A stretch of 64,000 nt of DNA from Camelus dromedarius (GCF_036321535.1 NC_087436.1:24740001-24804000), one strand, 5' to 3'. Counted from the stretch's first letter, positions 50,194 to 63,189 are shown. Numbers and translations are program-made. Notes: generated by a model from the sequence alone, not told the origin.

Positions 50194-51053
50194 TGTAGGG
50201 GATGCTATGATGTGTTGCACATTAACCCTTCCAGGAGTGAAGGACTTAGTTCCGTAGCCACTCGAATGCTGCTGACAGAGAGCTCAGCCCTCAGCTGCCT
50301 TTAGGTATTGCTCCCGCCAGAGAGCCTCCTCGCCCGCCCGCTTTCCGGGTGGGCAACAGCCCGGGACTGAGGAGGAATAGAGGCGTGACCACCTCCCCCC
50401 ACCTCGGGACTCAGTTTTACCTGTGAGCTTCACCTCAATAACCAGGTCGTCAGAGACCCCTTCTTCAAAATCCTGAGGTGAACCGGCTCCCGGGGTTCCA
50501 CCAGGTCAAGAGAATGGGTACCCCGTTTGTGTGAGCCACCTGCCTCTCGCTGCCTCCTCAGACCCCTGTCTCCTTATCGGCCTCCCCTCCCCACCTTAAG
50601 GGCTGTTGGGAGACAGGGAATCTCAGGGGAGAACTGGTTTTCGGACCCTATCTAGATAATATTTTTAGATTCTTCTGCTCCCTAGTGGCCTGCTTTGGCG
50701 GGGCGGGGCGGGGGGGGGGTCATTGCAAGGATTTTTTTTTTTAAGGATCAGAGTTTTAAAAACAAAAGCATCTTCCCTAGAAATTTTTGGGAATTGTTTG
50801 TACTTGTGCCTGTTTTAAATTAAACTGAGTGTTCAAAACAAAAACAAAAAAAACAGCAACTCTGAAGGGTCATCCCAGCTCCAGAGCTCCCTGCGGGGTG
50901 GGCTGAGGTATTCCTTGGCACTGGTTTGCTGCCCAGCGCCTGCCTCTGTCCACTCGTGTTTCCTTCCTGCCTTGTACCAGTGGCGATCCCAAGAGCACCT
51001 CTTGTCAAATGTCCTCTCTCAAAGTTGATTTCCCCAGGAACCTGACTTGGACA
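50194..51053 (+). mobile_element. ERVL solo LTR (LTR16C-like), split into 50194-50410 and 50857-51053
   Basis: TGTAGGGGATGCTATGATGTG...CTCGGGAC | CAACTCTGAAGGGTCATCCCAGCTCCAGAGCTCCC...GGAACCTGACTTGGACA; the halves join as in the remembered LTR16C consensus (GGGACAACTCTGAAGGG). Confidence 0.8.
50411..50856 (+). pseudogene. Probable 5'-truncated processed retrocopy (last codons, 3'UTR and A-tail); parent gene not identified
   Basis: Interrupts the LTR. Opens with frame SFTCELHLNNQVVRDPFFKILR-TGA (stop 50479-50481) and ends ATTAAA-CTGAGTGTTC-AAAACAAAAACAAAAAAA. Confidence 0.65.
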
Positions 51054-51939
51054 CCCTTTAAATTCACCCCTGTGAGAACAGAATACAAGTATATGAACAT
51101 CATTTGGTAAAGACAGACCGACTCTCAGGAAAGTGAGCATTTGGTTATAACCTGACAAAATTTCTCAGTGAGAAGGAGGGTGGTTCAGACATGGGTAGAG
51201 AGAACAAAGAGGATCACAGAAATCTCCCCACGTTAAAGTCTTGTCCAAGGAGGAGGAAGCCTCAGCCCATTGAATTTAGGTCTCATTCCCAAGGCCGTCC
51301 CTACTGGGGAACTAGACTCGCTGATAAGCTGTCCTCATGAGATGCCATTAAACCTGCATCTAAGGACACATATTCTGGTTCCATGTTCACCAATCCTTTC
51401 CTGGTTATGGGCTGACTTCCTGTAGGTCAGGGTAAGGGGAGATGGAGGTGTAGAGTGTTCCGTTGTGGCAGATCAATTTTTGTTGGAAATTAATGCTTTG
51501 GAATTCTGGCTTTATACATGATCCTTATTCCTCGTCTACCTCTGAGGTAGACCTAGGTCCACTCTTTCTATAGTGATGAAATTAAACCTCTGGCTGGAGG
51601 GACCTGGTCTCTGTGAAGATAGTCAGCTGACCTTTCCTGGAAGTAACACACTAACTCACTGCGCACTGAGTAAGCTGGCTTTTTTTTTTTTTTAAGTCCA
51701 CACCCATGTTTCTGGAATCTGTTTGGACTGATCTGTGCTTTGCATTATAGGCTTGAAATTTGCCTGGCTGGCTTTTATTAAACTGGTGCATGAAAGGTAT
51801 TTTAAGTATGATTTATATGTAGGGGATGTGGCTATCATAATCTAATGGAGCTTCTCTAATTTTGGGGGGTGGGGGGGTTGGGTAGTGTAAGAAGCAGTTT
51901 AGAGCAAACAGCATATCAGAGTGATGGGTGAGGGGGCTG

Positions 51940-52125
51940 AGGGCCAGTTCAGCCATGCTTGAATTCTGGATCTGCTGTTGAGTAGCTGTGTGGCTTGGGA
52001 AGATTACTTCCCAGTGCTGAGCTTCAACCTCCTCATCAGGTTGTTGGGGACTGGTGTAAGGGAAGTGCTCAGGATGGAGCCTGGCATGTGAAAGCACTCA
52101 GTACGTGAAAGCTAATATTATTATA
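51940..52125 (+). mobile_element. MIR
   Basis: TTGAATTCTGGATCTGCTG..TAGCTGTGTGGCTTGGGAAGATTACTT...GAGCCTGGCATGTGAAAGCACTCAGTA. Confidence 0.75.
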
Positions 52126-54069
52126 GAAAAAAGGCACCATGAAAGTCATTCATATTCCAGTCATTTCCTCGGTGCTTCATAAGCTTTGTTTCAGGAATCT
52201 TGTACACTTTTTAAGCCCTAAAATAAATAAAACCTTAATGCTCCCATTCCAAAGAGATTTTCAATGTCTCTTATGACAAATAGCAGTAAAACAGATCTCT
52301 TAATACATCCCCAGGTAGGAGAGTCAGGTCTGACTGCAGGGCTGGGGCGGTAGCATCTGTGATTGTCAGTCGCCAGCAGCTGGGAGGACTCTGGCAAATG
52401 TGCAAACGTGGTAAGTTCGTGGCACGTGCCACCATCTTCCCTCTCCGTCTCTCCCCCATTGCATTTTTTAAAGTAATGCAGTTAATTTTCATGAGCACTT
52501 TCAGCCCAAATTAGATCTTATATTGTAAACACTGCAGAAACTGAGAAAGATCTTGTTAACAACAGCAAATTACTCAACTCCCAGAAATCTGAATCAGACC
52601 CACAGAATTCAAACTTAGACCAAGTCTATGCCTACCGAATTCATCCCAGTTCATTTCTGCAGGATTAAAGTAAATGCAGGCGTTCTGAGCAGCCAGTGCA
52701 GCTATGACCAGGGCATCTAATTGCAGCCGCCTTTAAACCTTAAGCAGGTCAATGCAGGCACGATGATCTCAGGGATAATTTGTCTTTTATGTGCTTCTCT
52801 GGTGTGATATATAATCCCTTGCTGAAAAGGGTCCTTGTCAGCTTCTGTTCCCAAGTGTAATAGAATAAGGAATTGGAAACTAGGTGATTCTTGGTATCTC
52901 TTTCGTTCTGCATAATGTGGACCAAGGGATGGGCCCACCTCTGTTAAGATGGCAATGGGAGCGTTTGACCCATAAATGATTCTAGATTTTCGTTGTGCTG
53001 TTATTGGGTTCAATTTGCATGTGCAGGTGCTCCTGAAATCTTGCCGCACTAAAATGACACTGTGCAATAGCCAGAGAGCTATTTTCCACTCTGCATCTTA
53101 AGTCCTACTTTTCCCTGCTCACTCTGGAGATAGCTAAGCACCTCAAATGGGGTGGAGTAAAGAGATCTGAAGAGGTCATCATTGTGCTGTCTTGAGATGC
53201 AGGAGGCAGGGAGTGTGAAGAACTCACTTTCTCTGTGTCGGAGCGTATTAGAGTCCTCTGCTAAAGTGCAGATGGTCAGGGGTTCAGCCGGGGTTTATAG
53301 GAAAACACATAGCTTAGCAGATATGGCAACCCCTGCTCTAAATATTTCAGGTGTGTGTTAATAATGGGCAGGGTTTCTGCCCTTTTGACTTTATAGTCTG
53401 TTGCCTTTGCCCACTCCTCATCCCCCTCCATCCCCATCCCAGGCTGCTTGTAGACTTGAACCCTTAGGGATTGGGATGCTTCCAATAGAAAAAGTGTGGG
53501 GAGCCTTAGTTGGGTGCCATGGTTTGGTGTAGCTTAGGAAAAATCTCTCCCTAAGCCATGAGTTTCTCCTCTCCCCCTGCTCAGTATCCAGGGTTGCATC
53601 ACTGATGTCCATCCATGCAACTCTGTGCTGGAATGTAGCAGGACCAGGCAGCGTGAGCCCCTACCCCCTTGTGAATGTGAATCTGTATGTCCCAGCTCCT
53701 TCCTCCTGATGGGTAGGATGCATTTTCGAACCTTAGCTGCCCTTTCTCCTCAGCATCCTTTATCTCTCTCAAGGCCGCATTGCACAAGTACCTCCTCCTG
53801 TTCTGAAATCCATTTACTTCCATTTCTCTTCCTGACCTCCCTCCCTCCACTTTCCTTTCTTTTTTAATCATCCTATAACTCAGGTAGACAAATAGCCTAC
53901 ATGTACCCTATTATGTAAGTAAATATGAGGGTCTACTAAAAAGGTCAGCAATTGTGAAGAAATTAATGACAAAGCTTCAGGGAGGAGAGGGACCTTGAGC
54001 TTCTTTTAATAGCATGGGAGGGATGGGGTTGGCTGATGGACAGAGGGAGAATATCCTGCATTGATGAAG

Positions 54070-54205
54070 ATGGTCCAGGGTTAGAGTCCAAGAGGTCTGG
54101 TCTTGTCTCCTGGCCTCCACAGTTGTTTAGCTTTGTGGCCTTGGAAAACCACTGCAGTTCTCAAAAGACTCAGGCTTCTCTCCTGTAAAATGGGTAGACT
54201 CATAC
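54070..54205 (+). mobile_element. MIR fragment
   Basis: TAGCTTTGTGGCCTTGGAAA...CTCAGGCTTCTCTCCTGTAAAATGGG. Confidence 0.65.
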
Positions 54206-55409
54206 CCCACTTCCACTACTGTGGAAGTGACAAATAAGTAAACAAGCATCTAATGACAACTTATTATGAACCACGAAGGGTGCAGATAGAATCATGGTGT
54301 CGGGGTTTTTCACAGACTGGTCAGAGAAGTTTCCTGATAACTTGGTAATGTCATCATAGCTCCTGGCAGAGGGTAAAATGAACTCTTAGTAGTTTATTTT
54401 ATCCAAGGGACACTTGCAAGAGGAGTGGAGAATTGGGGGCAAGCTGTGTGAGAAAAGCAAATCTGGTGGAAAGAGGAACTGCCGTAGCTGTGGACTTTCC
54501 TGCTTTCCCATCACGCCCTTTTTCTTTCTAAAGAAGTACATTCTCAGAGAAGTACATTCTCTTATAAGCTTCAGGAGGGAGAGGAGGAATTTGCTCTGGA
54601 ATTTGCTGATTTCTCATGTGTCCTTGGCCAGGACACACTCTCTAGCCCCTCAGTCTGTGGTCCACCATGGTGACGAGGGGGGAAGGACACCTGGCAAACA
54701 TCTGGACCTTGGACAGAGTGCAGCCAGTGCAGGGGAATTATTAATAAGATGGTCACCGGGCTTTGAATTCCTGGAGCACTTTCTCTCCAATGCTCGGAGG
54801 AGAGGTGTTCATAGGTTTTGTCATTATTTTCTCTCCGGAGAAAAAAAGGAACACAAAGGCATTGAAAGCATTTGCTAGAAATTTCATGGCTAGAAGCAGC
54901 CAGGCTTTTCATGCAGGTCCCTGTCGCCTGTTCAGGACGTGGACCACCTGGCCGTTTGTTTCGGGGGCATATTTGGATGCCACCTCCCTCTCCTCTGGCT
55001 GCTCCCTTCTCATCCAGGTACCGCCAGCCTGTCCCCCGAAGCTCTTATGTGGGCTTGTCAGCTCCCCACCAGGGTCAGATAGAGCTGTGCTGTCTTCTTA
55101 CGACAGTCAGAGGACTGGAAAGCAAGATGGAGAGATTTTTCTCAGCAGCCGCACCTTCTTAATCATGAAATTCACTTAATATAAGGAAGTCAGAGGTCAG
55201 ATGTTTTAAAAGGCCAATCTCTGGTTCAGCCCAGGCTGTAACCAAGGCGTCTGGTTCAAAGAGGAGGGAAAATGTATTTTTTGGAGGGTTTAGGGGAACC
55301 AAGCTAGGAAAGGGTGAGTGTCGAGGATTTTCCACTGGATTTCCTGAGAGACCTTGTATGAATGAGGTGGATGAGTCCTTTGGTCAAAAGTGGGTGAGAA
55401 GCAGAGAAT

Positions 55410-55725
55410 AATTTCTTATGTTTATTGACTATTTATACATTGTTTTTATTTACTGATTATTCATATCTTTTGCCAATTTTCCTGTTGGATTGTTGATATT
55501 TTTCTAATTGATTTGCAAGAGCCTTTCAAATACTGTAATAACAATTATTTGTTACATATGTTGCAAGTATTTTCTTTAAGTTGCTTGTGTCTCTTTAATA
55601 TTATGTAGGGTATCTTTTACTTAATATAGAATTAAAAATTTTATGTATTCAGATTAGTCGGTCTCTTCTCATGGTTTCTGGATTTTGTATGTCAATTAAG
55701 AATATCTTCCTTATTGGAATAAAAA
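55410..55725 (-). mobile_element. Old L1M fragment
   Basis: TTCATATCTTTTGCCAATTTTCCTGTTGGATTGTTG...TATGTTGCAAGTATTTTCT. Confidence 0.7.
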
Positions 55726-56801
55726 TAATTCTCTTAAAAAAAAAAGTGGGCGTAGCAATTACCCAAAGACCTGAACAGGGTGCCCGGGGCCTGCGCCTCA
55801 GGTGAAAGGTAGGAGGACAGAGCAAAGGCTCACTCAGCAGATGATTATTATTTCTGCATTTGGTTAAAAATTGACAAACTAATTGCTGAGCCCATTGTCA
55901 GAAAACTGGCCACCCATTAGAGATGATTGTAAGCAATTTCTCCCCATTATTCCTAAAGAGATGGACATGGCCTCCTCTTTGGTACTCACTGCTTTGAGAG
56001 AAAGCAGGGTTTTGTCTCTCCCTCAGAGCTGGGTGGAGGTGTCTGCTTCACCGGCCCTGCCCTGGGCTGCAGGCAGGGTGCAGCTTTCCCCTCCCCACCT
56101 GAGCCCCGAGACAGGGTCTGTTTGTCTGATTGCTTGAGTACATCCCTTGCTGCTTCTTCATTGTCCACCTCCTCTCCCTTCCAAACACCCTTCTTGCTCC
56201 TGCCAGCTCTCAAGACACCCTTAATCTCAAAACCAAGAAATCAAAGTGGTTAGAGAAACACAACCTAAACTCTTTGGAAAGTGAAACTTTACCAAAAAGT
56301 AAAGCTTCTAGGAGTTTAATATTTCAGGGGTGCTTGGGGAAGACCATAATATCCTTCAAGAAACAGAGTATTTCCCACATTCAAATATCAGAGTCAGTAC
56401 CTGTGCATCGGTGGAGCGTCCAGGACCTTGGTTGTAAAAGAGAAGGATATCTGATAGCTCTTCGCACTGGGACATTACATCCTGGCATCTTCTTCCTCAG
56501 CGGCCTAGGAAGAGTCCACAGTTATGAGTTCAGTCTAAAGGCAGGGCTGCCCACAGCAAGTCAGACACCTGGTTTCCCCTCTCAGGTGGAGGCCTGGTCA
56601 TCGTCTTGCCTCGTGGCAGGAGGTACGCACTCCAGGATGACTTCCCCTCACGCTCATCTCTTTCGTGGTCTTTGAGGTCTGGGATGCACGCATCTCTTCT
56701 GTTTTTTGCAACAAAATAACTTCTGATTCATCTGGTAGAAGTGCATATCAGGAAGTCCATTTTAGTGGGGCTTTCTCCCTCCCTAAAAAACCCTGTTTTT
56801 G

Positions 56802-57090
56802 CAGGCTCACAGACATGGAAAACAAACCTATGGTTACCAAAGGGGAAAGGATAGGGGGAGGGATAAATTAGGAGTTTGGGATTAGCAGATAAACACCACT
56901 GTATATAAAATAGATAAACAACGAGGACCTACTATAGAGCATAGGGAACTATATTCAATATCTCATAATAACCTATAATGGAAAAGAATCTGAAAAAGAA
57001 TGTGTATATATATATATGTATAACTGAATCATTATGCTGTACACCTGAAAGTAACATGCAAATCAACTATACTTCAAATAAAACAAACAA
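56802..57090 (+). mobile_element. L1 3' fragment (first of a tandem pair)
   Basis: CTCACAGACATGGAAAACAAACCTATGGTTACCAAAGGGG...AATCAACTATACTTCAAATAAAAC. Confidence 0.9.
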
Positions 57091-57103
57091 AAACCTGTTT
57101 CTG

Positions 57104-57408
57104 AGACTCATGGACATAGAAAACAAACTTATGGTTATGAGAAGGGAAGAGGGGGATAAATTAGGAGTTTGGGGTTAGCAGATACTAACTACTATGTACA
57201 AAACAAATAAACAACAAGGTCCTGCTGTATAGCACAGGAAACTAGGTTCAGTATCTTGTAATAACCTATAATGAAAAAAGAACCTGAAAAAGAATGTTTG
57301 TATGCATAACTGAATCACTATGCTGTCCACCAGAAATTAACACAACATTGTAAATCAACTATACTTCAATAAATTAAAAAAAAAAAACCCAAAAGCAAAC
57401 AAAAGAAG
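57104..57408 (+). mobile_element. L1 3' fragment (second of a tandem pair)
   Basis: GACTCATGGACATAGAAAACAAACTTATGG...AATCAACTATACTTCAATAAA plus A-tail. Exact AAACCTGTTTCTG at 57091-57103 and 57409-57421. Confidence 0.9.
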
Positions 57409-57749
57409 AAACCTGTTTCTGGGTCAATTGCCCGCCCTTTGTTAATGATGAGAATCAGAGGAAATGATAAAATTACCAAAATATGTGCCGAGCCAGTTCA
57501 CGTGAGCAGGTCTCATCATTCCAGTGCCCTCTGTGATGAATCCTGAATGAGTTTTACTTTGAAAAATAAAATGTTCAGTGTTAATTTGTTCGTCTGCTGG
57601 TAGTTGGCACCTGTGGGCAAAGTCTGTGTTGGATTCTGATTATGCTCGGGAATATCACGGACTTTGACTATTTGGCCATCACTATGTTGTCAATTTTCAA
57701 AACCTGGAGAATGGTGGTGAGGATTACTTTAAAAGGGGCTTGGAGACTG

Positions 57750-58183
57750 GATCCCTGCTGCTGCTGAAACAAATCACCACAAACTTAGCAGCTTACACAA
57801 TCACAAATGTATTATTCTGTAATTCTGGAGGTCTGAAGTCCAAAATGGGTCTCACGGGGCTGAAGTCAAGTGTCAGCAGGGCTGCGTCCCCTGAATTCCT
57901 TGAGTGGGGGCCCCTTCCATCTTCAAGGCCAGCAATCACATCACCCCTCCCTCTGCTTCTACCATGACAGCTCCTTCTTTGAACAACTCCCCTGCTTCCC
58001 TTTTAGAGTTACCCTTGTGTTTACATTGACTCCACCAGATTATCCAGGATAATCTTCCCAACTCAAGGCCCTTGACTTAATCACATCTGCAGAGTCCTCT
58101 TCGCCACAGAAGACAACATATTCACAGATTCCAAGGATCAGGGCTGTGGATATTTTTGGGGGGCCATTATTCTGCCGACTGAA
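57750..58183 (-). mobile_element. MaLR solo LTR (MLT1C/D-like)
   Basis: AACAAATCACCACAAACTTAGCAGCTT...TTCTGGAGGTCTGAAGTCCAAAATGGGTCTCAC...TTAATCACATCTGCA...GGGGGCCATTATTCTGCC. Confidence 0.88.
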
Positions 58184-58906
58184 GTAACAAAGGGCAAAAG
58201 CAGCCTAGAGAATCCATTTTTATAAATAAGCAATACCAGTACACTTTTGGATTCCTTTTTTTTTCCTTTGGCTCGAAACAGTTGTCCCATACAGGCTTGA
58301 AAATGGCAAAAACATTAATTGAATTTCTGTTTGACTGTGTTCTTCGTGATTTATTTCATGTGTATGGAAGTATAGTAGCTTTGTAGGATGAAAAATTTGC
58401 TTTCTAATCTTCTTTTAAAGGTCAAGTGGCAACAAGAACTAGTTTTAAATGCAAGTTACCCACATGGAGCAATTAAGGAGAGATAGAAAGTGGTATGGAT
58501 TTTAAAATGTGACATGGGCCAGATACAAATGGAAAATTGACAAAGACATTAGCTAATTTAGGAAAATTCAAATCCTACCTCTGGGAGAATACTTGGATTC
58601 ATAGATATTTATTGTAATTCATTAAAAAAAAAAAAACCCTTCTCTCTTCCAAACTGTTTTATCATTAAATTTGCAATTTACTTCTCTTTGCAGCCAGACA
58701 TAAACACTAACAGCCACCCTCTGAGGTAAATTCTTGTCCTCAGCCTCTCTGCTGTCTAGTGGGTGGTCGTGACTTAGAAACCACTTCAGCAGACGTATTG
58801 AAATTCTATATTAAGTTAAAGGATTCTCCAGAATATTCGATCTCTCTCAGAACAAACAGACCTGACATGGCCCCAGTAAACCTCCTCAGAATCACCCCAA
58901 AGGCTC

Positions 58907-59560
58907 TTTTCTTCTTTTTCTTTTTTATTGAATGAAAGATTCTTTCAATGCTATAGTGCTTTACAATTTTCAGAAGTTTCACACACATGATTTCGTATAA
59001 TCCCATAGTATCTCTTCTTTCCCCTACCCCTGTATTATCCCACCAACGCCCCGTCCCCACTGGTAACCACTAGTTTGTTCTCTGTATCTGTAAGTCTGCT
59101 GCTTTTTTGTGTTATTCACCAGTTTTTTATATTTTTTAGATTCTGTATTTAAGTGCTATTATCATACAGTATTTGTCTTTGGCTTATTTTACTTAGCACA
59201 ATGCCCTCCAAATCCATTCCTGTTGCTGCAAATGGCAAAATTTTGCTTTTTGTGGCTGAGTAATATTCCATTGTGTATATATATATACCACATCCCTCCA
59301 TTCATCTTTTGATGGACATTTTGGTTGCTTCCATATCTTGGCTATTGTAAATAGTGCTGCTGTGAACATTGAGGTGCATGTGTCTTTTCAAATTAGTTTT
59401 TTGTTTTTTCAGATCTACACCCAGGAGTGGAATTCCTGGGTCATATGGTAGTCCTATTTTTAGCTTTTAGAGAAACCCGCATCCTGTTTTCCACAGTGGC
59501 TGCACTGATTTATATTCCTACCAACACCGTGTGAAGGCTACCTTTTCTTCACATCCTCCA
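58907..59560 (-). mobile_element. L1 3' fragment
   Basis: CCCCACTGGTAACCACTAGTTTGTTCTCTG...ACCCAGGAGTGGAATTCCTGGGTCATATGGTAG. TSD core AAAGGCTC at 58899-58906 and 59561-59568. Confidence 0.9.
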
Positions 59561-60622
59561 AAAGGCTCGTTCATGCTTTTAGACCTTCCCCTGCAGCTTG
59601 CACTCTTGGCCACCAAGGGCTTGACCATTGGGGTCATTCTAGATTTCCCCATCAGCCTTCTCGCCCTGCAGTGCAAGTGTGAGGGAGATTCCTCTTCATA
59701 ACTAGTTTCCCGGGCAAGTCCAGCCCCGTGGAGCTGAGATGCTGCCCTCCCCACACATGGGCTGTGATGCTTGGAAGATCTGGCTCTTTCTTCTGGTGAC
59801 TGAGAGCTGGCTGAGGGGATGGTCCGCAGAGCTGGTAGACCCTCTTGAAGCCTCATGCAGGTCCTGTGGGCCAAGACACAACCCTTTTCCATCTCTTGCT
59901 GTCCCCTCCTGTGTCTCCTCAGGCAGTCAGGGGGAACAATGAAATACAACCTGTTGGTCCTGGCCCCTGTCCGAGGGCTGCAGCCTGCGTGGGCTGGCAC
60001 CTCAGCCTGGGCTTGGCAGGACCAGTGCACACTCCATCCTTACCACAGCTGGAACTGGCTCCAGTGACAAGTGGCCACAAAATCATGACAGAGAGAGGCC
60101 AAGAACTCTGGCTCTGGGGAAAGGAGGGAAGCAGGAACAGCACCAGGGGCGGCCAGGTGGTTCACAAGGGGCAAAAGATGGAGAAGTGCTTGTTGCTTGG
60201 ATTTTTGTTTGTTTCCTTTTCTTTTTTGTTTGCTTTTGTCAGGTCCCTCTATGAGGGCAGAGAGCTGTGTGGTCCTCTCAAGGCTGTCTCATTAAGAATG
60301 TTTCTGCTTAATTAATCATTTTGTGCTACTTACTGATGGGACTTTTTGAAAGAATGGCTTTGGGGTAAGAAGTAACAGCTAGAGATGATCACCAGCAACA
60401 ACCAAGTGATATTTATGCTTTGGGTGGGCTGTTATCATTGTTTCCTGGTTGGAGAGTGCCTTGCACTGCCAGGTGAGAGCCTGTAATTTTGTAGAAAATC
60501 CAGGAAATATATTAACTGATAAATGCAATTTTGGGGGGTTATTCTGTAGCTTTATAATGTTTGTGAGTTCCGGAATAGGAGAATCTTAACGAAAATGATT
60601 TTTTTTTTTATTAAAATTTACT

Positions 60623-60803
60623 CAGTGGTTCCCAAAGTTTAGTGTGTACCTCTTACCAAGAAGCTTGGTAAAATGCAGACTTGTAGATCCTATACCCAGA
60701 GTTTCAGATTTAATAGGTTTTAATTGGGCCCCCAAATTTTCGTTTTTAACAATCCCCCAGGTTACTCTGATGCAGGTGGTTGAGTCATGGTTTGAAGAGA
60801 AGG
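60623..60803. mobile_element. MER5A-like hAT fossil
   Basis: CAGTGGTTCCCAAAGTTTAG...TAAAATGCAGAC...CCCAGAGTTTCAGATT...TTTTTAACAATCCCCCAGGTTACTCTGATGCAGGTGG. Confidence 0.8.
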
Positions 60804-63189
60804 GGGTTATATAATACTTGACCTTGGCTAATCATGGCCGGACGAATTCTCTACTCACTCTGCCTCACATATTGTCATATAATGTAATTTTCTCTAAGAT
60901 AGCAGTTGTGTTTTCATGCAGTTCAGGAACGCTGCCTCTGATAGTGCAGTGTATCACCTGCATTGTTATTTTCGGAGCTTTCAGTCTCAGGTTTATTCCC
61001 AGTACAAAGATTGAAGGATGATCTGAAATCAAATACATTTGTCTGGGAGTTGAATGTCTGTCAGACCCAGGCATTGATTTCCTTGAGCTTGAGTTCTCAG
61101 TAAATGTCTTTCCATGGAGAATTCCAATCAGGATTCTAAAGGTTATATGAAATAGGCCTGATTTCTGAGCTTTCTCTGGGGAGATCACTTAATTTATAAG
61201 CAGAAAGGGGGTGAAATCCACTCCCCACCACTGCTTGTTTTGAAATCAGCACACAGTTCCTATTTTAGAAAAAAAGGCTGTGTTGATTACTAGTGTGAAC
61301 TAGGCTAAGCAAGACAACATCTCTGTGCAGAGAATCTTTAAGGGTGAAATATTTGCACTTTGGAGGATAAAAAGATAGCAAAATGAAATCTAGGCAGAAC
61401 TGAAGGGAAATTTGCCTTGGGGAGCAGCTGTTTCGACAGGTGCTCTTATGTTGTTCTATCACCAGGGGGCAGCATTGCACTTCGGTTGGAAAAAGGTCTC
61501 TGTGGCATGCAGCCCTTTAAAAGAAAATATATCCAAGTGAGCAAAGCTAAAAACCAGAACATTAGCAAGAACCAGAAAACCAACAATACAGAACCAAAAC
61601 TCTCTTTGTTATAACGTACCATCTTTGCTTTTCTTGGTGTACAGAGTTTAATATTGTAGTTTTAAGACTCTCTGGGGCATACTTTATTGGTCCATTGATA
61701 CACACTTAAGGGTTGTAGATAATGCAGTGAGATTATTTTTCCTTTTTCCCTTTTTGTTTGGCTCTCCCATCTTACCTCACTGTCCATGTCTTGCTGCCAA
61801 GCACCTACTCCCCTACCTCCTTCCCTCCAGGAAGAGACAGACCTGGAGGCTGGCTGTACCTTGGCATTGCTGGTCATTTTGTGGGACTGGTAGATGTGTA
61901 GTGAGCTGACTGGAAAACTCCTTCCCTTCTCCTTCTTGGTATGAAATTAGGCTCACAATTTGCACAATTCTGGCAAGTTCCTGGGGATCACAGTTACTTT
62001 TACCCACCCACACAGACACACTTTTACAAGAGTCAACAAAATGAATAGATGCTCACATTTTGCATCTTTAAAATTTCATGTGACTACTGGATAAAGTGTG
62101 GGTGAATGAAAAATGAATCCAACTGTTGGCTTGAGGAAATGTAAGTTCCACCAGTACATGGACTGTGTCTGCTTGTTCACGATGTATCCCAAGTTCTTAG
62201 AATGTGCCGCATGTGGAAGGCACTCAATAAATTTGTTGAGTGAATGAATGAATTTAAACACGTGTGCTGTGATGGTCCCTCCCCACCTCCTGGTTTTGCT
62301 TTTGAGCAATGATTCTCTCTGGGGCTGAGGCCAGGGTGGGTACCTGCCTGCCTTGGTTTCCTTCCTTGTCTCAGTCTTTGTTTTATTTCTCAGCTCATCG
62401 AATTACGAGAGCTGAGAGCTTCTTGAAGGAAAATTCTAAGACTCATCCTCCAAGAATAACTCTGTTTCTCTGAAATTTGCTTGTAAAGTTGCACACACTT
62501 ACAGTGTGAATGCCACCATCTTTGGGAGGGGGCTCACAGAGGCTAAGTTTGAAGGTAACTTTCTATTGATGCTCTTCTATAAGGAAGCCTTTCTATTTTT
62601 GCTTCCTCCTCCTTTTTCTTACAGTGCAAGAAACAGGCAGGTTGGGAAACTTGACTTTGAACAGGAGCACAAGTATGCGCAGGGCAGGGAATAACAGGCA
62701 CTATGAAGATTAATTACCCTCGTTGGAATCTAACTTGACTGGGCAAGGTGAGACAGTTCAATTATTTAATCACGTTGGCGCTATTGGCTTCCGAGGCCTT
62801 GAGTACTGGGATAGCCCTCCCTTCCAACTTAATTTATGAGGAATTGCTTCTCAACTCTCTGCTCCCGGTTGGACCCTCGGGCAGAGGAAAAGGAGCAATC
62901 GATTTGGGAAGGAGATGCTCCCGTCTCTGCCTCCTCCCAGGCTGTGTCTGCAGTGAATTCTCAGTGCTTCTGTTGGAGACTTGCTGCCGGGCAGTAGTAT
63001 CTCTCCTGCCCCTGTTGGGCTGCTCCCCTCCTTGTGTACTGAATGCTTTTTCCCTGGCACACGTAAGTTTGTAAGGCTTTATTCTGGCTTGAGAATGGTT
63101 ACGCTCTGAGCTACAGGTCAGAGCACGCCATTGGATCAGAACATAGTAGACCAACGGGGATTTGCTGTGTTGATAAAGACATTCTGTAC

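Noticed and set aside
56130..56675. Longest ORF (181 aa), and similar ORFs at 48981-49472, 54414-54878 and 59518-60030
   Set aside because: No recognisable domain, non-coding-like composition and mostly non-ATG starts; such lengths are plausible by chance in 64 kb.
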